From NCBI GenBank assembly GCA_040754495.1, contig JBFMCO010000067.1, forward strand, positions 1-21,057: a DNA stretch of 21,057 bases, given 5' to 3'. This document shows, piece by piece, positions 1 to 7,411 of the stretch. The notes beneath the pieces are model-generated. The model saw only the letters and a list, made by a program, of their open reading frames with translations. It was not told where the DNA came from and made no database searches. Source of the stretch: Candidatus Micrarchaeota archaeon (lineage in GTDB: Archaea; Micrarchaeota; Micrarchaeia; Anstonellales; Bilamarchaeaceae). The position numbers and the translations under genes are program-made. Position 1 is the stretch's first letter. Each line of letters starts with the position of its first letter.

Positions 1-65
1 TGCCTTAACTCTTCAACGGATATTTTGGGGAGGAATTCATCTCCTTTTGGTAGATGCCAGACCAT
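1..65 (-). CDS. 5' end of a gene running off the left edge (MVWHLPKGDEFLPKISVEELR...); possibly the N-terminus of an IS630-like transposase
   Basis: ATG at 65-63 opens a stop-free frame to position 1, with TTTTATAAA about 27 nt upstream. The peptide resembles, from memory, N-termini of archaeal IS630-family HTH/transposase ORFs. Only 21 codons are visible. Confidence 0.4.
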   Translation of the reverse strand, partial: MVWHLPKGDEFLPKISVEELR

Positions 66-87
66 AGATAGTATCTACGGAGGACAA

Positions 88-96
88 TTTATAAAA
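88..96 (-). promoter_or_regulatory. TATA box (TTTTATAAA) for the left-edge gene, leaderless spacing
   Basis: Centred about 27 nt upstream of the ATG at 65 and flanked by the inverted pair GGACAA (82-87) / TTGTCC (109-114). Confidence 0.5.
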
Positions 97-195
97 GTTC
101 GTCTAATTTTGTCCTAGACTATCAATACGCATTTTCGGAATTTTTCGACGGAAAATGCCCAAATCATTAATAATCCTCCCTCCTTATTCGGGTTT

Positions 196-1986
196 ATGTT
201 CGAGATTCTTTTTTTGATAGGGCTCATAGCTCTCATCGGGTTCGGCGGCCGGTGGGTATTCGAGCGCACGCGGATACCGGAAATCTTCATACTGCTCGCC
301 ATCGGGTTCGCGCTCGGGCAGATGGGGCCGCTGGGCGGATTCCCGGACATAAACCTGGAGAGCTTCCGCAGCATCGCGCCCATAGTGGGCGCGGTCGCCA
401 TTGTGTCGTTCGTTTTCGATGCCGGCCTGCACCTCAAGGTCGGGCAGATACTGAAAAGCCTGTCGTTCTCCACGGTCTTCGCCATCACGAACCTCGCGCT
501 CTGCGTGAGCGTGCTTACGCTCATGCTCCATTTCCTCGTGGGCTGGAACATGACGGCGTCCCTTTTCCTCGCGACGATCCTGGGCGGCCCCTCGTCCTTC
601 GCAATCTACTCGATGCTCCCCCTCGTCCGCACGAGCAACCACGCGCGGGGCATCCTCTACTTCGAGGGCACCATCTCGGCCCTCCTGATAAGCGTGATGG
701 CGATAACAGTGCTGCGCTACCCGGGCCTCGAAGCCGGGACATTGCCCCTCGTGCAGCTCGTCATCTCGTCGTTTTCAACCTCGTTCATACTGGGGCTCGC
801 GGCCGGCCTGGCCATGCTCTGGGTCCTTTTCAAATTCAGGATAAAGAAATTCGGCTACCTCCTGACCTTCTCGGCCCTGCTCATGCTGTTCTTCCTGGAT
901 TTCGAGCTCCTTGGTGGCATAGGCGTGATTTCAATAGCGCTCATCGGGCTGGTCATAGGGAACTCGGGAGACGTCTTCAGGCTCGTGGGCATCAGCGGCC
1001 GCTTCGACATGGACGACGCGGCAAAAGGCTTCAGAGACGAAATCAGCCTTTTCATCAGCACGTTCTTCTTCGTCTACCTCGGCATGATGGCGCGCCCGGA
1101 GATGCTTTTGGAGCAGGCCAACCTGCTCATCGGTGCGATGCTGGTGGCCGTCATCCTCCTATGCCGCTGCCTCATACTGCTCGGCGCCAACCTGTTGAAA
1201 GTTTCGCAGCACAACGAGGACATCCTGCTTGCGGTCATGATACCGCGGGACCTCCTCAGCGCGACGCTCGCCACCTTCATGCTCCTCTACCCCGGAATCG
1301 CAAGCTTCGGCATCGAAGTCGTGATTCTCCCGATAGTGCTCTCCTCGCTGGTCAGCGTCATCGGCGCGGGATTTTACGAGCGCATGTTCCAGAACTCGTT
1401 CCTCTTCAGGCGCGACCTGACGCTCAGCGACGGGCGCAAAATCGTCGTCCGCACGATTACGCGGGACGACTTCCCGACGCTCGGCCAGTTCCTGAACGAA
1501 CTGGTGCGCGAGAGCGCGCTCATAGCGTTCGACCGCTACGTGAACCCGATAGAGCAGAACGAGATGGGCCGGGCGAGCCTGGACAAAATCAACAAGGGCG
1601 ACATGCTCATGTGGGTCGGAGACTACAACGGCCGCATAATCGCGCGGGCGGTCGCGCAGAGGATGGAGATGCGAGAGCGGGACAACGTGTGCCTGAGCCT
1701 TTATGTGGCCAAGGATTTCCGCGGCGCTCATCTAGGCACGGCGCTCCTGCGCATGCTAATCGAGGAGTCGCAGAAGACGTTCAAGCCTCACCGGATATAC
1801 CTGTCCGTATATTCCAACAACGAGGCCGCGATTCACGTGTACGAGAAGGAGAATTTCAGGAAGGTCGGCGTGCTTCCGGAATGGGGCAAGTACGAGGACA
1901 CCTACCTCGATGAAATCTACATGGTCTACTCTCCGCCGGAAAAGCCCCCGGCAGGCGGGAAGAAAAAGAAATCCGGTGCAGCCTAG
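196..1986 (+). CDS. Cation:proton antiporter (CPA/NhaP-like) fused to a C-terminal GNAT acetyltransferase domain, 596 aa
   Basis: About 395 aa of multi-TM sequence with CPA-like motifs (VFDAGL, EISLFISTFFFVYLG, MIPRDLLSATLA), then a soluble domain with GNAT motifs VAKDFRGAHLGTALL and NEAAIHVYEKENF. ATTAATAA lies about 27 nt upstream. Confidence 0.88.
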   Translation: MFEILFLIGLIALIGFGGRWVFERTRIPEIFILLAIGFALGQMGPLGGFPDINLESFRSIAPIVGAVAIVSFVFDAGLHLKVGQILKSLSFSTVFAITNLALCVSVLTLMLHFLVGWNMTASLFLATILGGPSSFAIYSMLPLVRTSNHARGILYFEGTISALLISVMAITVLRYPGLEAGTLPLVQLVISSFSTSFILGLAAGLAMLWVLFKFRIKKFGYLLTFSALLMLFFLDFELLGGIGVISIALIGLVIGNSGDVFRLVGISGRFDMDDAAKGFRDEISLFISTFFFVYLGMMARPEMLLEQANLLIGAMLVAVILLCRCLILLGANLLKVSQHNEDILLAVMIPRDLLSATLATFMLLYPGIASFGIEVVILPIVLSSLVSVIGAGFYERMFQNSFLFRRDLTLSDGRKIVVRTITRDDFPTLGQFLNELVRESALIAFDRYVNPIEQNEMGRASLDKINKGDMLMWVGDYNGRIIARAVAQRMEMRERDNVCLSLYVAKDFRGAHLGTALLRMLIEESQKTFKPHRIYLSVYSNNEAAIHVYEKENFRKVGVLPEWGKYEDTYLDEIYMVYSPPEKPPAGGKKKKSGAA

Positions 1987-3317
1987 ACAACCTTCATGTC
2001 CCCGCCCATCCCGGGCAGGCCTCCCTTCATCATCTTCTCCATCTTCTTGCGGAATCCGCGGTTCCTCTTGAACATGCCCATCATCTTCTCCATCTTCTCG
2101 AACTGGGCAAGGAACTCGCGCACATCCTTCTCGCTGCAACCACTCCCGCGGGCGATGCGGGAGACGCGCGACTGGCTCATCTTGAGGAGGGACGCGTCCT
2201 TCTTCTCGTCTTTCGTCATGGAGTTTATCATGCACTCGTACTTCTTCATCTTGTCCTCGCTCTGCTGCACGAGCTCCTTCGGGACGTCGGCCGCGCCCAG
2301 CATGGAGAACACGTTCCCGAGGGGTCCGAGCTTCTTCGCGGCTTTCAATTGCTCATAGAACGCCTCGATGGTGAGCTCCTCGGCCTCCTCGAGCCTCTTC
2401 ACGTCCGTTTCCTTCGATATCTCCTTTATCCTCTCCATCAGCGCGCCTATGTCGGGCACGCCTAGAAGCCTCCCCACGAATTTCTCGGAATTATAAACCT
2501 CGAAGTCCGCGGGCTTCTCCCCGATACCCACGAACGCGATTTTCGCATTGGATGCAGCCACCGAGCTCAGCGCCCCGCCGCCCTTTCCGGAGCCGTCCAT
2601 CTTCGTTACTATGACCCCTGATAGCGGAACTGCGCTGTTGAACTCCGCGGCCTGCTTGCCGGCTATCTGGCCGATGTCCGCGCTGACGACCAGATAGCTC
2701 TCGTCCGGCTTCAGCACTGCGGCTATGCCCCGCAGCTCCTCGACCAGGTGGCCGTCGAAGGCGTTCCTTCCGGCCGAGTCGACTATGACCACGTCATCTT
2801 TAGAGGCCTTGAGCGCCTCGGCCGCTATCCTTGAGGGGTCCTTCTCGCCCTTAATAGTATAATACGCTGCCCCGACCTGCTTCGCAAGCTGCTCGAGCTG
2901 CTCCTGCGCTGCCGGCCTGTCCGTGTCCGCCCCGACGAGCGCCACTGAAAGCCCCTTCGTCTTGTAGAAGTGCGCGAGCTTGGCGCATGAAGTCGTCTTC
3001 CCGCTTCCGTAGAGGCCGCACATCAGTATCCTGTGCCTATCGAGGCGCGGGCTGTGGCTCGCTCCCATGAGCGCCACGAGCTCCTCATAGACGATTTTCG
3101 TCACGTGCTCCTTGAGCGTGAGGGCCTGGAGCTTCTCGCCCTTCAGCGCCCTCTCCTCTATCCTCTTGGAGAGCGCGAGCACGAGCTTCACATTGACGTC
3201 GCTGGAGATGAGCACGCGCTGGAGGTCCTTGATGAGCGCCCGGACGTCGTCCGCGTCGACGTATGGCTTGCCGGTCAGCTTTGCCAGGGCCTCTCTGAGC
3301 TTTTTTCCAAGGTCCAT
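1983..3317 (-). CDS. srp54: Signal recognition particle protein SRP54
   Basis: NG domain with GLYGSGKTTS, DTDRPAAQEQL, DSAGR and TKMDGSGKGGGALS; Met-rich M domain with SRVSRIARGSG. Confidence 0.97.
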   Translation of the reverse strand: MDLGKKLREALAKLTGKPYVDADDVRALIKDLQRVLISSDVNVKLVLALSKRIEERALKGEKLQALTLKEHVTKIVYEELVALMGASHSPRLDRHRILMCGLYGSGKTTSCAKLAHFYKTKGLSVALVGADTDRPAAQEQLEQLAKQVGAAYYTIKGEKDPSRIAAEALKASKDDVVIVDSAGRNAFDGHLVEELRGIAAVLKPDESYLVVSADIGQIAGKQAAEFNSAVPLSGVIVTKMDGSGKGGGALSSVAASNAKIAFVGIGEKPADFEVYNSEKFVGRLLGVPDIGALMERIKEISKETDVKRLEEAEELTIEAFYEQLKAAKKLGPLGNVFSMLGAADVPKELVQQSEDKMKKYECMINSMTKDEKKDASLLKMSQSRVSRIARGSGCSEKDVREFLAQFEKMEKMMGMFKRNRGFRKKMEKMMKGGLPGMGGDMKVV

Positions 3318-3372
3318 GAGAACTCGATAATATGGATGGCTGGAAAGGTTTTAGTCCTTTGGGACGTTCAGA

Positions 3373-3400
3373 AGACCGGGAACAGGAGACTGGAAACCCC
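3373..3400 (-). repeat. Degenerate heptamer tandem repeat x4 (GGGGTTT CCAGTCT CCTGTTC CCGGTCT)
   Basis: 7-nt periodicity read directly; starts 2 nt after the DASS stop codon and matches the consensus of the array at 6581-6640. Confidence 0.55.
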
Positions 3401-3402
3401 TC

Positions 3403-4740
3403 TTACCAGTAGAGGAGGGCAAGTCCCGCCAGCAGCAGCATCCCGGCCAGCGTTATCCATAACCCGGCCCGCGCCATGTCCTTCACGCTGACGTATCCTG
3501 AGGAATACGCTATCGCGGAGGGGGGCGTGCCCACCGGAACTATGAAATCCAGCGACGTCCCGATGCCGGCGAGGATGGCCAGCCCCTTGACGCCGGCCCC
3601 GACCGCCCCGGCCAGCGGAATCATGACCGGAACAAGGAGCGCGGCCGTCGCCGTGTTCGAGGCGCTCAGCGTCATCAAGACCGCGAAGGCGAGCACGGCA
3701 AGGTATATCACCGGCAGGCCCTGACCCGCGACGAGCGCGCCGAGCAGGCCGCCGAGATAAGCCCCCAGCCCCGATGCGTCTATCGCAGTGCCGAGGCTGA
3801 GGCCCCCTCCGAAGAGCAGGAGCGTCGCCCAGTCTATTTTCGATGCGTCCTCCGTTTCCAGCAGGCCGAAGGCATAGAGAAGCACAACCGCTCCTACGCC
3901 CACCGCCGCATCCGGCACCCCGTGGGCAAACGACGTCACCCAGGCGGCTACGGCCAGGCCCATGACAAGAAGCACGAGTCCGTGCTCTTTGCTCCAGGCG
4001 GGCGCCTTCTGCTCAAGGGCGACCTTTTTTATCTCGGGCGGATAGACGCGCATTAGTATGAACCATGACAGGGGCAGGAAAAGCAGCACGAAGGGCATCC
4101 CGTAATACATCCATTCCAGGAAGGACACGCCGATGCCCGCCTTAGCCAGGTCCGCCACGGTTATGCCGTTCGGGGGCGTCCCCACAATCGTGCCGATGCC
4201 GCCTATCGTGGATGCGAACGCTATCCCGAGCACGACCGCCTTCGCATAGTTGGACTGGAGCGGCTTCAGCTTCGACCTGGTGACCGCTATGAGCGCAATC
4301 GGCAGCATCATGGCGGTCGCGGCCGTGTTGGATATCCAGAGCGAGAGGAAGGCCGTCGCGGCCATGAGGCCGAGCAGGTACATCGAGGGCTCGCTGCCGA
4401 ACCGGGAGCTGAATGCGAGCGCTATCTGCCGGTCAAGGCCGTGCCTCTGCATCGCCCGGGCTATCATGAAGCCGCCAAAGAACAGGACGATAGTCGGGGA
4501 GAAATACGGCGAGAACGCGCTGCCCGCGCTCACCTGGCCGGATAATATGAGGAGCACGGTCGAGAGGAGGGCGGTAACATGCAGCGGGGCCGCCTCGCTG
4601 AACCACATGGTGCCGGTGAACAGCGTTATCGCGAGAACCGCCCTGCCCTGCATCGTGAGGGGCAGCTCCGGGAGCAGGGAGAGCGCGGCAAGGAGTGCGG
4701 CCAGGAGGGCGTATCTCCACCTGAACCTGCCGTTCCCCAT
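3403..4740 (-). CDS. DASS/SLC13-family sodium-coupled di/tricarboxylate or sulfate symporter
   Basis: Highly hydrophobic 445 aa with two SNT motifs (WISNTAATAMMLPI, SASNTATAALLVP), GTIVGTPPN and PVGTPPSAIAY. Confidence 0.93.
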   Translation of the reverse strand: MGNGRFRWRYALLAALLAALSLLPELPLTMQGRAVLAITLFTGTMWFSEAAPLHVTALLSTVLLILSGQVSAGSAFSPYFSPTIVLFFGGFMIARAMQRHGLDRQIALAFSSRFGSEPSMYLLGLMAATAFLSLWISNTAATAMMLPIALIAVTRSKLKPLQSNYAKAVVLGIAFASTIGGIGTIVGTPPNGITVADLAKAGIGVSFLEWMYYGMPFVLLFLPLSWFILMRVYPPEIKKVALEQKAPAWSKEHGLVLLVMGLAVAAWVTSFAHGVPDAAVGVGAVVLLYAFGLLETEDASKIDWATLLLFGGGLSLGTAIDASGLGAYLGGLLGALVAGQGLPVIYLAVLAFAVLMTLSASNTATAALLVPVMIPLAGAVGAGVKGLAILAGIGTSLDFIVPVGTPPSAIAYSSGYVSVKDMARAGLWITLAGMLLLAGLALLYW

Positions 4741-4762
4741 GGAAAGCCCGCCCGCGCAAATC

Positions 4763-4769
4763 TTTTAAA
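4763..4769. promoter_or_regulatory. TATA element (TTTTAAA / TTTAAAA) between the divergent DASS and thermosome genes
   Basis: About 26 nt upstream of the DASS ATG on the minus strand; the clearest TATA-like element upstream of the thermosome on the plus strand. Confidence 0.55.
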
Positions 4770-4847
4770 CATTTTTGTGGAATATGATTCTGCTAATTAG
4801 GACAGAAATAAGGCTGAATAAAGGAGGACTAATCCACAGTCTATTTC

Positions 4848-4854
4848 GAGGTGA
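4848..4854 (+). promoter_or_regulatory. Shine-Dalgarno site GAGGTGA of the thermosome gene
   Basis: Canonical archaeal SD 6 nt before the ATG at 4861. Confidence 0.8.
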
Positions 4855-4860
4855 AGGAGT

Positions 4861-6513
4861 ATGACGAAGCAGGTAAGCGGAGAACAGGTTTATGTGCTCC
4901 CCGAGGGAGCGCAGAGGGTTTTGGGTAGGGATGCGATGAGAATCAACATCGCAATCGGCTATGCTGTGGCCAATATCGTGAAGACGACGCTGGGGCCGAA
5001 GGGCATGGACAAGATGCTCGTCTCTGACCTGGGCGACATCGTCATAACGAACGACGGCGCGACCATACTCGAGGAGATGAACGTCGACCACCCGGCGGCC
5101 AAGCTCATGGTGGAAATAGCCAAGACGCAGGACAAGGAGGTCGGCGACGGCACCACCACGTCGGTCGTCATCGCGGGCAACCTCCTGCGCAAGGCCGGGG
5201 AGCTGCTCGACCAGAACATCCACCCGACCGTGGTGATAAAGGGCTACGAGCTCGCTTCCAAGAGGGCCGAGGAGCTCCTCTCCTCGATAGCCGAGCCGGT
5301 GAAGCCGACGGACAAGGACATCCTCAACAGGATAGCGCTCGTCGCCATGGGCTCCAAGGGCATAGGCAGCGACGACGAGAAGAAGAAGATATCCGACCTC
5401 ATATCGGACGCCGTGATGCAGGTCTCAGAAGAGAAGAACGGGAAGTGGAAGGTAGACCTGGACCTTATCAAGATAGAGAAGAAGGCCGGCGGCGAAGTGG
5501 TGGACACGAGCCTCATCCGGGGCGTTCTCGTGGACAAGGAAATAGTGCATTCAGGCATGCCCAAGAACGTGAAGGACGCGAAGATACTCCTTCTCGATGC
5601 GGCGCTCGAGATAGAAAAGACCGAGACCGACGCAAAAATCGAGATAACGGACCCGTCCAAGCTCGAGGCTTTCCTCCAGCAGGAGGAGAAGATGATGAGG
5701 GACATGGTCGAAAAAATTGCCGCGACCGGCGCGAACGTGGTGTTCTGCCAGAAGGGCATCGACGACCTGGTCCAGCACTTCCTTTCCAAGAAAGGCATAG
5801 CCGCAATCAGGCGGGTGAAGAAGAGCGACATGGAGAAGCTCTCCAGGGCGACAGGCGCGGGCGTGGCGTCCAGCCTCGAGGACCTGAAAGGCTCAGACCT
5901 TGGCCACGCAGGCGCGGTCGAGGAGAGGAAAATCGCCGGCGAGGCGATGGTCTTCGTCGAGAAGTGCAAGGACCCCAAGTCCGTCACCATATTCGTGCGC
6001 GGCGGGACCGACCATGTTGTCAGCGAAGTGGAGCGGGCGGTGGTTGATGCCCGCGGCGCGGTGTCCAGCGCCCTCGAGGACGGCAAGTTCGTCGTCGGCG
6101 GCGGAAGCGCGGAGATGGCGATAAGCCGCGGCCTCCATGAATACGCGGTGCACATCGGCGGGAGGGAGCAGCTAGCCATCCAGGCATTCGCCGAGGCGCT
6201 CGAGTCAATCCCGAAAGCCCTTGCCGAGAACGCAGGCATGGACGTCATAGACACCATCGTCGCCCTGCGCAACAAGCACAAGGAGAAGGACGGCAAGAGC
6301 GTCGGCGTGGACGTGGTGCACGGGAAGGTGTCGGACCTGCGCGCATCCGGGATATACGAGCCGGCCAAGGTCAAGAGGCAGGCCATGTCCTCGGCCACGG
6401 AAACGGCGAGGCTCATCCTGCGCATAGACGACATAATCAGCTCCAGGGGGGGCAAGGGCGGAGGAATGCCGCCCGGCGGCCCGGGAGGCATGGGCGGCAT
6501 GGACATGGAGTGA
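4861..6513 (+). CDS. ths: Thermosome subunit (group II chaperonin)
   Basis: [35 protein letters not shown] and LILRIDDII motifs, plus a GGM-rich C-terminal tail. Confidence 0.98.
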   Translation: MTKQVSGEQVYVLPEGAQRVLGRDAMRINIAIGYAVANIVKTTLGPKGMDKMLVSDLGDIVITNDGATILEEMNVDHPAAKLMVEIAKTQDKEVGDGTTTSVVIAGNLLRKAGELLDQNIHPTVVIKGYELASKRAEELLSSIAEPVKPTDKDILNRIALVAMGSKGIGSDDEKKKISDLISDAVMQVSEEKNGKWKVDLDLIKIEKKAGGEVVDTSLIRGVLVDKEIVHSGMPKNVKDAKILLLDAALEIEKTETDAKIEITDPSKLEAFLQQEEKMMRDMVEKIAATGANVVFCQKGIDDLVQHFLSKKGIAAIRRVKKSDMEKLSRATGAGVASSLEDLKGSDLGHAGAVEERKIAGEAMVFVEKCKDPKSVTIFVRGGTDHVVSEVERAVVDARGAVSSALEDGKFVVGGGSAEMAISRGLHEYAVHIGGREQLAIQAFAEALESIPKALAENAGMDVIDTIVALRNKHKEKDGKSVGVDVVHGKVSDLRASGIYEPAKVKRQAMSSATETARLILRIDDIISSRGGKGGGMPPGGPGGMGGMDME

Positions 6514-6560
6514 ACGTCGATACGTTCACGACAGTCTTGGACGGTGCGCCGTCCAAGGAC
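6510..6560 (+). other. Two back-to-back stem-loops at the thermosome 3' end
   Basis: GTGAACGT-cgat-ACGTTCAC (6510-6529, 8 bp, includes the stop codon) and CTTGGACGG-tgcg-CCGTCCAAG (6536-6557, 9 bp, extendable). Confidence 0.7.
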
Positions 6561-6580
6561 ATGGGCGGCGAGTAGCGCCT

Positions 6581-6640
6581 CCGGTTTCCGGCATCCTGCA
6601 TCCGGCCGGTCACGGGTTCTCCGTTTCCGGTTTCGGGTAT
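6581..6640 (+). repeat. Degenerate heptamer tandem repeat, about 8 units, consensus CCGGTTT
   Basis: CCGGTTT CCGGCAT CCTGCAT (CCGG) CCGGTCA CGGGTTC TCCGTTT CCGGTTT CGGGTAT. Confidence 0.65.
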
Positions 6641-6651
6641 GGCTGCCGGTC

Positions 6652-6680
6652 TGTTTTTCTTTTTTATCCTTCTATCTTTT
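6652..6680 (+). terminator. Oligo-T/polypyrimidine tract; candidate archaeal terminator of the thermosome transcript, possibly overlapping the acyP promoter
   Basis: TGTTTTTCTTTTTTATCCTTCTATCTTTT directly after the hairpins and heptamer array. Confidence 0.5.
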
Positions 6681-6684
6681 CCTC

Positions 6685-6963
6685 ATGAAAGCCCGCATCC
6701 ACATCCTCGTCTTCGGAGACGTGCAGGGCGTCTTCTTCCGTGCGAACACGCAGGGCGAGGGCGGCAGGCTGGGCGTATCCGGGTGGGTGCGCAACCTCCC
6801 GGACGGCTCGGTCGAGGTGCTGGCCGAAGGCGAGAAAGAGGCACTGGAAGCGCTGCTTGACTGGTGCCGCCACGGCCCGGCCGGGGCGTCCGTGGGCCGC
6901 GTGGAGCCGGCATGGCTGCAGTTCCGGGGCAACCTGCACGGCTTCCGGGTGAAATACGGCTGA
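6685..6963 (+). CDS. acyP: Acylphosphatase (92 aa; real start is the internal ATG at 6685)
   Basis: MKARIHILVFGDVQGVFFRANT...GWVRNLPDGSVEVLAEG signature. The 47 extra upstream codons in the ORF track cover repeats and the T-tract. Confidence 0.95.
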   Translation: MKARIHILVFGDVQGVFFRANTQGEGGRLGVSGWVRNLPDGSVEVLAEGEKEALEALLDWCRHGPAGASVGRVEPAWLQFRGNLHGFRVKYG

Positions 6964-6965
6964 TT

Positions 6966-7370
6966 CTAAAGAGAGCCGAACTTCTCGTTCTCCTTCATAG
7001 TCCCCCTCCTGCGGGGGTCGGAGTACCTGCGGGCGAACTTGACTTTCTTGAGCTTCGTCGTAACCATCTCGAGCTCCTCGAGCTGGAGGTCCTCCTCGAA
7101 ATAGGATTTCGCCTCGTCCGGTATGGATATCAGGCCGCTCTCTTCGAAGCATATGGGCCGCCCGTCGGAGTCGGTTATGGATTCCAGCAGCGAAACGATG
7201 GTCGAGACCTTCGCCCCGGCGTCCTTGGGCATCTTCAGGAGCGGGCCGTCTTTCTTCTTGTGGGACTCGACCTTGTTGAGTATCTCCTGCAGCTTGTCTA
7301 TATCCTCGTCGTCGAAGCTGTTCTCCTTCAGCCAGTCCACCGACAAATCGCTGAATACGTACCTGGTCAA
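6966..7370 (-). CDS. Hypothetical protein, 134 aa, TTG start
   Basis: GAGGTGA SD (7382-7376) lies 5 nt before an in-frame TTG at 7370, with host-like GC-rich codon usage. The 7499 start in the ORF track overlaps the pepA 3' end. Confidence 0.7.
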   Translation of the reverse strand: MTRYVFSDLSVDWLKENSFDDEDIDKLQEILNKVESHKKKDGPLLKMPKDAGAKVSTIVSLLESITDSDGRPICFEESGLISIPDEAKSYFEEDLQLEELEMVTTKLKKVKFARRYSDPRRRGTMKENEKFGSL

Positions 7371-7411
7371 CCTCTTCACCTCTGCGTTCCTATTGGAAGC
7401 TAATTTTTTTA

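Noticed and set aside
252-1913. 553-aa alternative-frame ORF over the antiporter (also 5244-6506 antisense to the thermosome and many smaller overlaps)
   Set aside because: Arg/Pro/Gly-rich off-frame products of GC-rich coding DNA; a clearly recognisable gene occupies each region.
2900-3030. SRP54 motif variants (GLYGSGKTTS, DTDRPAA, DSAGR)
   Set aside because: Core GTPase residues are intact; probably lineage-level variation with no evidence of altered function.
6544-6684. N-terminal extension of acylphosphatase given in the ORF track
   Set aside because: Covers hairpins, repeats and a T-tract; family similarity starts at ATG 6685.
6514-6684. tRNA or SRP RNA in the structured intergenic region
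   Set aside because: No cloverleaf, T-loop or SRP helix-8 motif could be found.
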